Shown here one piece after another: positions 1-9,002 of a DNA stretch of 64,000 nucleotides; position 1 is the first letter of the stretch; every line of letters begins with the position of its first letter. Under the pieces are notes generated by a model. That model was given only the letters and a program-made list of their open reading frames with translations, made no database searches and was not told the DNA's origin. The position numbers and the translations under genes are program-made. Source of the stretch: an uncultured Acidobacteriota bacterium (GTDB lineage: Bacteria; Acidobacteriota; UBA6911); assembly GCA_963809485.1 (NCBI GenBank), contig CAWEJX010000008.1, positions 64,001-128,000 of the forward strand, given 5' to 3'.

Positions 1-1519
1 CATGGCCGCTGGTCCCATCCACGGTGATCCAGTCGCCGCGGCGTACGTGCGTTCCATTCACCACGAACTCGTTCCGGGCATAATCGATGGCCACCTCGCC
101 GGCCCCCACGATGCAGGGCTTGCCCCAGCCGCGAGCCACGACCGCCGCGTGGCTGGTCGGCCCGCCCGTCGATGTCAGGAGGGCATGAGCCGCGTCCATG
201 CCGCGTACATCCTCGGGGGATGTTTCGCGGCGAACAAGAACGACACGTTCCCCTTTTCCCTTCCATTGTTCAGCCTCTTTCGGCGTGAAGACTACCCGGC
301 CCGCAGCAGCGCCCGGGCTGGCATTGATCCCTTTTGTCAAAATATTGACTTTGGCTTTAAGATCGACCATTTTGTGGAGGAGCTGGTCCAAATCCGCAGC
401 AGGCACGCGCAAAATGGCCGTATGCCTGTCGATCAGCCCTTCCTTCGCCATTTCCACCGCGATGCGCACACCGGCCGGCCCGGTCCGTTTCCCGTTTCGG
501 GTCTGCAGCATCCAGAGTTTGCCGCGTTCCACGGTAAATTCGAGATCCTGCATGTCGCGGTAGTGCCGCTCCAGTTTTTCCGCAACCTCCACAAACTGCC
601 GGTAAATGGCCGGCATATCTTCCTTGAGTTCGCTGATGTGCTTCGGCGTTCGAATGCCGGCCACGACATCTTCACCCTGCGCGTTGGAAAGGTAATCTCC
701 AAAAAGCTTCTTTTCGCCTGTGGCCGGATCCCGGGTGAAGGCCACTCCCGTTCCGGAATCCTCCCCCATGTTGCCGAAAACCATGGTGACGACGTTGACC
801 GCGGTGCCCAAATCATCCGGAATTTTCTCGCGCCGGCGATAGGCCTTCGCGCGGTCCCCGTTCCACGAGCGGAAAACGGCTTTGATCGACTCTTCAAGCT
901 GCTGGTAAGGGTCGGTTGGAAACTCGGCTCCCGTTTCGCGGCGCACGATTTTTTTAAATTGCGCGCAAACCTCCGCGAGGTGTTCGGCTTTGAGATCCGT
1001 GTCCATAGGGGCGCGCACGGTACGCTTGATTTTGCTCAAAGCCTGTTCAAACAATTCCCCGTCCACGCCCAGCACGATCTTGCTGAACATCTGTATTAGC
1101 CGTCGATAGGCATCCAGGGCAAACCTTTCATTTGCGGTCAGTCGGGCCAGGCCTTGAAGCGTCTCGTCATTGAGTCCCAGGTTCAGCACGGTATCCATCA
1201 TGCCCGGCATAGAAAACTTCGCTCCGGATCTGACGGAAACCAGGAGCGGGTTCATGGAATTGCCGAATTCCTTGCCGGTGGTGGATTCCACCTTCTTCAT
1301 CGCCGATAGGACCTGGTTCCACATCCCGTCGGGAAAGCGTTCTCCCGATCCATAGTAGGCATTGCAGGCCTGAGTGGTGATGGTGAAGCCGGGGGGTACG
1401 GGCAACCCGGCATGGGTCATCTCCGCCAAACCGGCACCCTTGCCTCCGAGCAGATCTTTCATTTCACCGTTTCCATCGGATTCGCCATTGGCAAAAAGAT
1501 AGACATATTTGATGGACAT
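1..1519 (-). CDS. ppdK: Pyruvate, phosphate dikinase (5' part; runs off window start)
   Basis: Not in the ORF track. Manual minus-strand translation from ATG 1519 gives MSIKYVYLFANGESDGNGEMKDLLGGKGAGLAEMTHAGLPVPPGFTITTQAC, then LLVSVRSGAKFSMPGMMDTVLNLG and GGMTSHAAVVARG (phospho-His motif). Confidence 0.96.
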   Translation of the reverse strand, partial: MSIKYVYLFANGESDGNGEMKDLLGGKGAGLAEMTHAGLPVPPGFTITTQACNAYYGSGERFPDGMWNQVLSAMKKVESTTGKEFGNSMNPLLVSVRSGAKFSMPGMMDTVLNLGLNDETLQGLARLTANERFALDAYRRLIQMFSKIVLGVDGELFEQALSKIKRTVRAPMDTDLKAEHLAEVCAQFKKIVRRETGAEFPTDPYQQLEESIKAVFRSWNGDRAKAYRRREKIPDDLGTAVNVVTMVFGNMGEDSGTGVAFTRDPATGEKKLFGDYLSNAQGEDVVAGIRTPKHISELKEDMPAIYRQFVEVAEKLERHYRDMQDLEFTVERGKLWMLQTRNGKRTGPAGVRIAVEMAKEGLIDRHTAILRVPAADLDQLLHKMVDLKAKVNILTKGINASPGAAAGRVVFTPKEAEQWKGKGERVVLVRRETSPEDVRGMDAAHALLTSTGGPTSHAAVVARGWGKPCIVGAGEVAIDYARNEFVVNGTHVRRGDWITVDGTSGH

Positions 1520-1620
1520 GTGTGATCCCTCGCAAAAGACGGTTTGAATCGGCAAAGACCGGATGAATTAGAACACTATATTTTACAGCAGAATGCGACG
1601 ATGCGCAAAATTCATGTGCC

Positions 1621-1762
1621 CGGTTGGAGGAGTCACGCTGGTTTTGCTCGCCGACCCTCGCCGAACAAATCGTTTGTCAGCGCTTTTGTCAGCGTATCTC
1701 AGCGTTTCAAAATACGGAGCCGTCAAACTCTATGAGTCCCCCGGCAGAGCCGATGGATCGCC
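1621..1762. mobile_element. Truncated copy 1 of an IS200/IS605-like non-autonomous element
   Basis: Shares CGGTTGGAGGAGT...TCAGCGTTTCAAAATACGGAGCxGTCAAACTCT..GAGTCxxCCGGCAGAGCCG with copies at 20.0, 29.1 and 53.1 kb. Confidence 0.75.
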
Positions 1763-2065
1763 ACAGGATAATATCTGACGATTTGAGGCTTGGATGAAAA
1801 TGCGGTTTTTGGGCTTTTCCCCAGCTTGAGGCCGCCGCCCCGGCAAGCCGGAACCAGCGGGTCTCAAGCTGAGTTTAGCTTCTCGAATAGCCTGATTTTC
1901 ATATCGGCAGCACCTATCTTCAGGCTGAGGATATTTTATATCGGAGGCAGGAAGGCCGAAATATGACAACAGAGGCACGGACGAACTCTAATCCAGCCCA
2001 AAAATCCGACGTACGTCAGCGCTTTGTCAGCGTGAATCAGCGTTGTATTTTTCCAGGCGTCGGGG

Positions 2066-3106
2066 CTAGCCGGGATTCTTCGAGCGGAGCTCGTTCTTGA
2101 GTTGCTCTATTTCCTTTTCCAGGTCGCGCACCCGGCGCAGCAACGCAGGCAGCTTCGGAAATGCGGCTGTGGCCCGCAGCCACGTGATGTTGTCGAATGC
2201 CGGAGAACCCGACATGACCGCTCCGGGCCGAATGTCGTGAGAGGTGCCGCTTTGAGCCGTAATAACGGCTTTGTCGCCAACCTCCAGGTGGCCTGCGAAG
2301 CCGGCTTGTCCGCCGACCCAGACTCCGCGGCCCAGACGCGTGGAGCCTGCGAGGCCGACTTGAGCCGCCAAAACCGAATCCTGGCCGACCTGCGCGCCGT
2401 GCCCGATTTGCACAAGGTTGTCCAGTTTGGCGCCGCGCCCTATGACCGTGTCGCCGACGGCGGCCCGGTCGATGGTTGTGTTGGCGCCGATTTCCACGTC
2501 ATCCTCTATCAACACCCGTCCGGTCTGGCAAATTTTGTAAAACGAACCGTCCCTGGTGGGCGCGAATCCGAAACCGTCGCTGCCAATGACGACACCGTTT
2601 TGGAGCACCACGCGATTCCCGATTTGGCAATTCTCCCGGACTATCACATGCGAGTGTAGCACGGACCCGTCGCCCACGAAAACGCCCGGGTACAGAACCA
2701 CATGCGGATAGATCACGACGTCCGCCCCGATTTTGCAGTCCCTGTCGATGACGGCATAGGCTCCGATGCAGGGATTCGGGCCGATCCGGGCGCCTTGCGC
2801 GATCACTGCCGACGGATGCACTCCTGCGTCCGGACGAAGGGGGACAAAGAAAATCTCGAGCGCACGCGCAAAGGCGAGATAGGGATCGTCTGTTCTCAGG
2901 CTGGGGATTTCGACCGGCGGAATATCGTTGCCCAGGATAATCGCGGAGGCGCGCGTATTCCTGATGTGGCTGATATATTTTCGATTGGAGACGAAAGTCA
3001 GGTCGCCCGGCCCGGCCTCATCGATTCCCGTAACGCGAACTATTTCCACATCCTCATCGCCGGTCCTGCGGCATTCTATTTTGCGTGCAATTTGAGAAAG
3101 CTTCAT
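2066..3106 (-). CDS. lpxD: UDP-3-O-acyl-glucosamine N-acyltransferase
   Basis: Hexapeptide repeats plus GSDGFGFA, DDVEIGANTTIDRA, KLDNLVQIGH. Start reassigned to ATG 3106 (MKLSQIARKI). Confidence 0.95.
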   Translation of the reverse strand: MKLSQIARKIECRRTGDEDVEIVRVTGIDEAGPGDLTFVSNRKYISHIRNTRASAIILGNDIPPVEIPSLRTDDPYLAFARALEIFFVPLRPDAGVHPSAVIAQGARIGPNPCIGAYAVIDRDCKIGADVVIYPHVVLYPGVFVGDGSVLHSHVIVRENCQIGNRVVLQNGVVIGSDGFGFAPTRDGSFYKICQTGRVLIEDDVEIGANTTIDRAAVGDTVIGRGAKLDNLVQIGHGAQVGQDSVLAAQVGLAGSTRLGRGVWVGGQAGFAGHLEVGDKAVITAQSGTSHDIRPGAVMSGSPAFDNITWLRATAAFPKLPALLRRVRDLEKEIEQLKNELRSKNPG

Positions 3107-3353
3107 GGCGGGTGTGACCGGATCCTTTTCAGGGCAGCGGGTTTTTCGCTTCTCCTTCATGTACCAGGCAGCTGTTGCGTGAGCGATCGGGTACCCCGGG
3201 AACCGAAGCCGCGCAAGCCGTGGCGACTCAAAATGTTGTCGCAACACAACGGTATGGTAGTATTGTGCACCCGCATCCGTCAAGGAGAGGCAGCGTTGGA
3301 ATTTGCGAAGCGAACGAAATCATGCGCATGCTGAGCATGCCCGGAACAAGCCG

Positions 3354-4241
3354 ATGAATCGGGATTTGCTGGCGGAATTCGAAACCTTCCTGCGAGTGGA
3401 AAAAGGTCTTTCCCCCAACACGGTGAGCGCCTATTCACGGGACCTGCAGAAGCTGGCCGGGTTTTCCAGGGATTTGGGGTTGCCGCTCGATGGACTCGGG
3501 CAGGAAAATATTCTCGCGTGGGGCCGGGATCTGCTGCGCCGGGGGCTTTCTCCGCGGTCTTCCGGCCGGGCGCTGAATGCGGCACGCAGCTTCTACAGGT
3601 TTCTTGTAGGAGACCGGATCATCAAATCCGATCCGACCGAGCATCTCGAAATTCCGAGAACGCTGAAGCCGCTTCCCAGATTCCTCAATAAAGACGAGGT
3701 GGCGGACCTGCTGAACTCCCCGGATACGAATACTGCGCTGGGAAGCAGGGACCGCGCCATGCTGGAGATCCTTTACGCCTCCGGACTTCGCGTAACGGAG
3801 CTGGTCACGCTGGGGCTGGCGCAGGTGGACCTCAACCTGGGAATCCTGTCGTGCATGGGGAAGGGAAGCAAGCAGCGCGTGGTCCCGATCGGGGCTATGG
3901 CGCGCGACAGGGTAGCGGAGTATGTAAAAAAACATCGCGGCGAGTTACTTGGGAACAAAAAGTGCAATTACCTTTTCGTTACCCGGCGCGGGTCCTGCAT
4001 GAGCCGGCAGGCTTTCTGGAAAATCCTTCGGGTTTACGGACGGAAGGCTAATATCCGCAAGTCCCTGACCCCGCATATGCTGCGTCACAGCTTTGCCACC
4101 CACCTCCTGGAAAATGGCGCCGACCTTCGCTCGGTTCAGCTCATGCTCGGCCATTCGGACATTTCGACAACACAGATTTACACGCACATCACCCGTGAAC
4201 GACTCAAACAGGTCTACCGGAAATATCACCCCCGCGCGTAA
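3354..4241 (+). CDS. xerD: Site-specific tyrosine recombinase XerD
   Basis: [69 protein letters not shown], ends HPRA. Start ATG 3354. Confidence 0.93.
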   Translation: MNRDLLAEFETFLRVEKGLSPNTVSAYSRDLQKLAGFSRDLGLPLDGLGQENILAWGRDLLRRGLSPRSSGRALNAARSFYRFLVGDRIIKSDPTEHLEIPRTLKPLPRFLNKDEVADLLNSPDTNTALGSRDRAMLEILYASGLRVTELVTLGLAQVDLNLGILSCMGKGSKQRVVPIGAMARDRVAEYVKKHRGELLGNKKCNYLFVTRRGSCMSRQAFWKILRVYGRKANIRKSLTPHMLRHSFATHLLENGADLRSVQLMLGHSDISTTQIYTHITRERLKQVYRKYHPRA

Positions 4242-4245
4242 TCGC

Positions 4246-4484
4246 GTAATGACGAATTAAGAATGACGAATGACGAATTGAAACATGCAGATGAGTCAGC
4301 GATGCATTGTTGGCATAGGGCTCAGCAGGTCGGCCGATATTTGCATCGCTTTCCCGTTAGGCTACAGGTTTTTGTGCACTCATTTTGGGCTGTCCATAAA
4401 CCAATCCGAGCCAGACTTCCAAATGTCGCTTATCGCGCATTTGTATGGGGAAATTCGTCATTCGTAATTCGTAATTCGTAATTT
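4246..4484. repeat. Cassette bounded by inverted heptamer tandem repeats between convergent xerD and lptFG
   Basis: Left AATGACGAATTAAGAATGACGAATGACGAATT; right AATTCGTCATTCGTAATTCGTAATTCGTAATT (complementary arrays). Confidence 0.75.
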
Positions 4485-4486
4485 GT

Positions 4487-6832
4487 TCAGGTGCGTATGT
4501 TCAGGAGCAGGACGAGGCCGGCGGCCCCGAACAGGAGATTGGGCGCCCATGCGGCCAGGACAGGGACGAGCAGACCATAGGCTCCCATGGCTTCGAATAC
4601 ACTGGAAATGCCCCAATAGGACATGGCGATGGCAATGCTGATCCCGATTCCGAAAAACGCCCCCTTTTTGCCGGTGGAGAAGGAAAAAGGCACCCCCAGC
4701 AATGCCATGATCAGGCAGCTTAGCGGCAGGGAAATTTTCTTATTCAGCTCCACCTGCAGTTCCGTCGCGTTGTAGCCGGACTTCCGGAGATAGCTGATGT
4801 AATTTTTGAGCTCCATATAGGTCAGTTTCGAGGATTCCTTGGGCTGAAAAATCTCTTTCTCGAAATACCCCGCCTTCTCGGGAAAACTGAAGGTTTCCGA
4901 GTTTATCAACCTGAAGTCCGATTGCGCGGGCTGATAGTTGCGGATCCATCCGTCCTCGAGAGTCCACGCACCATCTCGCTCGATCCGGGCTCGAGCGGCG
5001 TGAACGCGCCGCAGGATGCGGACGGAGTTCAAATCCACATCGTAAACGTTCAGATCGACGAATGAATCCTGGTTGCCGTCAAAATACTCGTAATTGTATA
5101 TGCGCCCGGATTCCCCGAAAATCCATTTTCGCTGAAGGCGCGTGGTGGTCTGGGGCGGGCGGCCCTTTATCGTGTTGCGCAGGCTGTCCTGGCGCACATT
5201 CGCATAGGGCAGAACATAGTCCTGCATCAAAAACAGGCCGATGCAGAAGGCGCACCCCATGAGCAACACCGGTATGGAGATCCGGTGAAGGCTCCAGCCG
5301 CCGGCTTTGATTGCCGTGATCTCGGAATTTTTCTCCAGGATGCCAAAATTGATCAGGATTGCCAGCAGGATCGACATGGGGATGACGAGCATGAAGATCT
5401 GGGGGGTCAGGAAGGTGAAGTAATCCAGCACAACGATGACGGGTATCCGGTTTCGGATTATGTCGTCGAGCAGGTCAAACAGGGTGAGCAAAACAAACAG
5501 AGTGCCGCAAGTGATAAAGGACCAGAAAAAGTAAACCAGAAATCCGCGCGATATATAAAGATCGAACACCTTGGGAAACAGGAGCCGCTCCAGCCTGTTG
5601 GTTGAGCGAACAAGGGCTTTGTCGGCTTTAGCGATCGGGCGCAATGCTTTTTCAAGCTTTATCCTCCGCGTGAGAGCGTTGTATCGGATATTCCGCATAA
5701 GAGCCGATAGACGGGGGCTCAGCCTGAAACTCCACTCCAATCTGGCCAGGAGAAAAATCCCGGCTGCTGCCAGCAGGATATTTGCGCCCCAGGCACCAAT
5801 CCATGGACTGACCTTTCCTACCGAGGCCAGTCGTATCCCGTTAAAAAACAAAATGTAAAAAACCAGAACCGTAACCAGGCTCAGCGCAAAACCTGCCGTA
5901 CGCCCGCCTTTGGGAGTCCCGGAGCCCAGGGTCAATCCCAGAAGAGCAAATGGAATTATTGTTAAGGGAAGAGCGAATCGACGATTTATTTCAACTAGTT
6001 GCTGAAGTTTTTCGGCTTTCTCGGACTTTGCATAGTTTTGCAGCAGATAACCGGTGCTTTGTTCTACGACTTTCCTGGGTCGTTGTTTAAGTTCATCGGG
6101 GGAATCGAAAACCTTGTTAAGCCTTATTGGTATATCTGTTGAAATAAATAGACTTACAGTATCTTTGCTCGGATCCGAAGGGTCCACGGAGTAGCTCGCT
6201 CCTTGTTCCAGGTGGAGCTGCAGCCGCTGGTTGGCCGGATCCGATAGCCACGTTCCTGAGCGCGCCAGAACGGTGCGCGGAGCCTTGGGATCGGAATTAT
6301 CCGCCAGGAAGATACGGGCCCAGTTCTGTCGGTCCACTGCCAGATCATCGAGGTAGAAGACGATATTGGGAAAATCTTCGTTGAAAACCCGCGGCCGTAT
6401 TTGGGAAGTAGCCTGAGTGAGGCTTATGCGGGCTTTTATAAGGGCCAGAATGTCGTTGGTGCGCGGGAGAATGGCAGTCGAGAACAAAGCCGTGATCAGG
6501 CCCACGAGGCTGCCCAGCAGCAGGATGAAGCGCAGAAGTGTTCTCAGGGGAACTCCGCAGGCACGCAAGGCGGTGATTTGACTTTCTCCCGAAAGACCGC
6601 TCAGGCCGATCAATATTCCGATCAGGTAGGAAAGCGGCAGGGAAAAAATGAGGATGCCTGGAAGTATGGCGCCGGCTATCAGAAGAATAGTGCTGAGCGA
6701 CGCATTTCGGGTAATGAGAAGTTCGGAGAGGTTGCCCAGGTCATGAATGAAGACAACAAAAGTCAAAACAGCCAGGGTGATCAGGAACGGGGGCATAGTT
6801 GCGTGGTACAGCATTTTATCGATCTTGCGCAT
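4487..6832 (-). CDS. Fused LptF-LptG LPS export ABC permease
   Basis: Two tandem YjgP/YjgQ units (SQITALRACGV...; NSEITAIKAGGWS...AAWAPNLLF), about 780 aa. Start set at ATG 6832. Confidence 0.9.
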   Translation of the reverse strand: MRKIDKMLYHATMPPFLITLAVLTFVVFIHDLGNLSELLITRNASLSTILLIAGAILPGILIFSLPLSYLIGILIGLSGLSGESQITALRACGVPLRTLLRFILLLGSLVGLITALFSTAILPRTNDILALIKARISLTQATSQIRPRVFNEDFPNIVFYLDDLAVDRQNWARIFLADNSDPKAPRTVLARSGTWLSDPANQRLQLHLEQGASYSVDPSDPSKDTVSLFISTDIPIRLNKVFDSPDELKQRPRKVVEQSTGYLLQNYAKSEKAEKLQQLVEINRRFALPLTIIPFALLGLTLGSGTPKGGRTAGFALSLVTVLVFYILFFNGIRLASVGKVSPWIGAWGANILLAAAGIFLLARLEWSFRLSPRLSALMRNIRYNALTRRIKLEKALRPIAKADKALVRSTNRLERLLFPKVFDLYISRGFLVYFFWSFITCGTLFVLLTLFDLLDDIIRNRIPVIVVLDYFTFLTPQIFMLVIPMSILLAILINFGILEKNSEITAIKAGGWSLHRISIPVLLMGCAFCIGLFLMQDYVLPYANVRQDSLRNTIKGRPPQTTTRLQRKWIFGESGRIYNYEYFDGNQDSFVDLNVYDVDLNSVRILRRVHAARARIERDGAWTLEDGWIRNYQPAQSDFRLINSETFSFPEKAGYFEKEIFQPKESSKLTYMELKNYISYLRKSGYNATELQVELNKKISLPLSCLIMALLGVPFSFSTGKKGAFFGIGISIAIAMSYWGISSVFEAMGAYGLLVPVLAAWAPNLLFGAAGLVLLLNIRT

Positions 6833-6943
6833 GACAGCCAAAGATTAGCACATGCAGGCGTGATATTATACAAGCTCATGCAAACAAAGGTGTTTTTGGC
6901 CAAGCGGAGGGACATTTTCACCCCTGCGGGCTCCATATATTCA

Positions 6944-6971
6944 ACTTCTGATAAGATATCTTATGTAAACT
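6944..6971. other. dif-like XerC/XerD recombination site
   Basis: ACTTCTGATAA-GATATC-TTATGTAAACT has 11-6-11 architecture. The right arm is identical to the XerD/RipX arm of B. subtilis dif as recalled (ACTTCCTAGAA-TATATA-TTATGTAAACT). Confidence 0.75.
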
Positions 6972-7050
6972 AGCAGTTATATGGAAATCGCCCGGAACCT
7001 TCACTTGCGTTTTGTTTTTGCCTTTAGGAGAAAACGGACTCTTCCCTGTT

Positions 7051-7076
7051 TCAGCGTTGAACGTTGAACGTTCAAC
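7051..7076. repeat. Short AACGTTG heptamer repeat/palindrome, related to 44398-44508
   Basis: TCAGCGTTGAACGTTGAACGTTCAAC just past the DUF151 stop codon. Confidence 0.55.
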
Positions 7077-7086
7077 ATCTACGGGG

Positions 7087-7584
7087 TTACATCTTGTATT
7101 TGCCCAGATCTTCCGGATTCAGGTTTTCAAGCCACTTTCTGATATCCTCGGGCGAACTGCGCTCTGCGGATAAAGTGCCGGAAGATGTGCTGGCAGATTT
7201 GGCGAGGACATCGTCGGTCACATAAATGGGAGAATCGGTTCGAAGAGCTAAAGCGATTGCGTCCGAGGGCCGGGAATCGACGGTGATCACCTTCCCTCCG
7301 GCGTTCAGAAAAATGAGGGCATAGAACGTATTGTCCTTGAGCTCGGTCACCACGATCTTGGTTACTTTGACATCGAGATGGTTCAGCAGTCCCTTGATCA
7401 GGTCGTGCGTCATGGGCCGGGGAGTATCTACTTTTTCGATCTGCAAGGCTATGGCGTTGGCCTCGAAGATACCCACCCATATGGGAAGAAGCGTGTCGCT
7501 GGATGACTCCTGAAGCACAACAATCGGAGCATTCGTGAGTGGGTCCATCATCAAGCCTTTGATCTTAAATTCGATTTCCTTCAT
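7087..7584 (-). CDS. Bifunctional nuclease family protein (DUF151)
   Basis: LPIWVGIFEANAIA, PRPMTHDL, DSRPSDAIALALR. Start ATG 7584 with GGAGG RBS. Confidence 0.92.
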   Translation of the reverse strand: MKEIEFKIKGLMMDPLTNAPIVVLQESSSDTLLPIWVGIFEANAIALQIEKVDTPRPMTHDLIKGLLNHLDVKVTKIVVTELKDNTFYALIFLNAGGKVITVDSRPSDAIALALRTDSPIYVTDDVLAKSASTSSGTLSAERSSPEDIRKWLENLNPEDLGKYKM

Positions 7585-7619
7585 GGTCCCTCCGGCCCGG
7601 TTCAATAAATCAGGGGCAG

Positions 7620-8999
7620 TCAATTTGTGCTCTCCGTGCATCCGACGAGATCGGGGACGGGATTGACTTCCCCATCCGTCTCCGGCCGGATCCAAATTCC
7701 CTTCAGGCTGTTCGGGCTGAATCCGGTTATTCCCGCCTGAACGATCCGGCCTATCAAATCCTCCGGACCGTCGAAATTGACGATCCTGTTGTTTCGCATG
7801 CGTCCCATAAGACGTACGCGGCTTCGAGCCCTGTCCTCAACCAGAACCTCGACAGTGCGTCCCACGTATTCAGCGTTCTTTCCCGACTGAATGTGCTTCT
7901 GGCGATCCTGCAGGGTCTCGAGTCTTCGGCTCTTTTCCTCCTCGGGGACATCGTCGGGCAAGCCGAACGCCGCGGTATCGGGCCGCGGCGAATACTTGAA
8001 GGAAAAGGCACTGTCATATTGTACCTCATCGAGCAAGCTGAGCGTACTCTGAAAGTCCTCCGCGCTTTCACCCGGATAGCCGACAATGATATCGGTGGAT
8101 ATGCAGATATCGCCCGGCGCACTGCGGATCTTGCGAATGGTGTCCAAATAATGCTCGCGCGTATAGCCCCTGCGCATCGCCCGCAGAATCCTGTCGGAGC
8201 CTGATTGAACCGGCAAATGGATGTGATTGCATACCTGCGGACACGAAACCATAACCTCCAGGAGCTCGTCGGAAAAATCGCGCGGATGAGGAGACATGAA
8301 GCGTATGCGCTTCAGGCCGTCGATTTTGGATATGCGCTGAAGCAATCCGGCGAAGGTCAGGTTGCCCGCCTTCCTGTCCTTATAAGAATTGACGGTCTGG
8401 CCCAGAAGCAGAATCTCGATACATCCCCCGGCCGCCAGGCTTTCAATCTCTTTGATGATCGCGGCGCTTTCCCTGACTCTCTCTTTTCCGCGTGTCAGGG
8501 GCACCACACAAAAAGCGCACTGCCGATCGCAGCCCTCGCTGATGGTAACTCTTGCGCGCCACGGGCTGCTGCGCAGAACATAGGGAGTCTCGAGAGGCTC
8601 GGGATCGTCATCTCTTCGCAGGTCGACGGCGGCCGTGTGCGTGGTCCGGTTCCGCGTCACAAGCTCGCTCATGACGTGCCCCTTCTGAGGTCCGGCCAGG
8701 ACACCCAGGTACGGCGCCTTTTTGAAGATTCTTTCCGCCTCCAGCTGGGCCATGCAGCCGACGACTCCGACCAAGAGCTGCGGTTTCCCGGCTTTGAGCC
8801 GCTTGAGTTCGCCCAGGCGCGCATAAACTTTCTGAACCGCCTTTTCACGCACCGCGCAGGTATTGAGGATTACGAGGTCTGCGTTCGAAGGATCATCCGC
8901 CGGCTCCATTCCGCCGTGCTGCAGGTTCCCCGCTATTTTTTCGGAATCCAGATCGTTCATCTGGCAGCCGAAGGTTTCGATGTAATATCTCATTGCCAT
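7620..8999 (-). CDS. miaB: tRNA methylthiotransferase MiaB
   Basis: TFGCQMN, NTCAVREKA, radical SAM CDRQCAFC, STDIIVGYPGE, C-terminal TRAM domain. Confidence 0.95.
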   Translation of the reverse strand: MAMRYYIETFGCQMNDLDSEKIAGNLQHGGMEPADDPSNADLVILNTCAVREKAVQKVYARLGELKRLKAGKPQLLVGVVGCMAQLEAERIFKKAPYLGVLAGPQKGHVMSELVTRNRTTHTAAVDLRRDDDPEPLETPYVLRSSPWRARVTISEGCDRQCAFCVVPLTRGKERVRESAAIIKEIESLAAGGCIEILLLGQTVNSYKDRKAGNLTFAGLLQRISKIDGLKRIRFMSPHPRDFSDELLEVMVSCPQVCNHIHLPVQSGSDRILRAMRRGYTREHYLDTIRKIRSAPGDICISTDIIVGYPGESAEDFQSTLSLLDEVQYDSAFSFKYSPRPDTAAFGLPDDVPEEEKSRRLETLQDRQKHIQSGKNAEYVGRTVEVLVEDRARSRVRLMGRMRNNRIVNFDGPEDLIGRIVQAGITGFSPNSLKGIWIRPETDGEVNPVPDLVGCTESTN

Positions 9000-9002
9000 G
9001 AT

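Noticed and set aside
2-1099. 365-aa plus-strand ORF
   Set aside because: Antisense shadow of ppdK, which the track omitted because it runs off the window.
1593-1778. Short ORFs sharing the peptide KYGAVKL(F/Y)ES (also 20022-20300, 29174-29497 and related frames at 52979-53215)
   Set aside because: They are translations of the repeated non-coding element. Starts, lengths and frames are not conserved between copies.
3354-4241. Tyrosine recombinase as a prophage or island integrase
   Set aside because: It has canonical XerD motifs and length, housekeeping neighbours, and no phage genes or att repeats.
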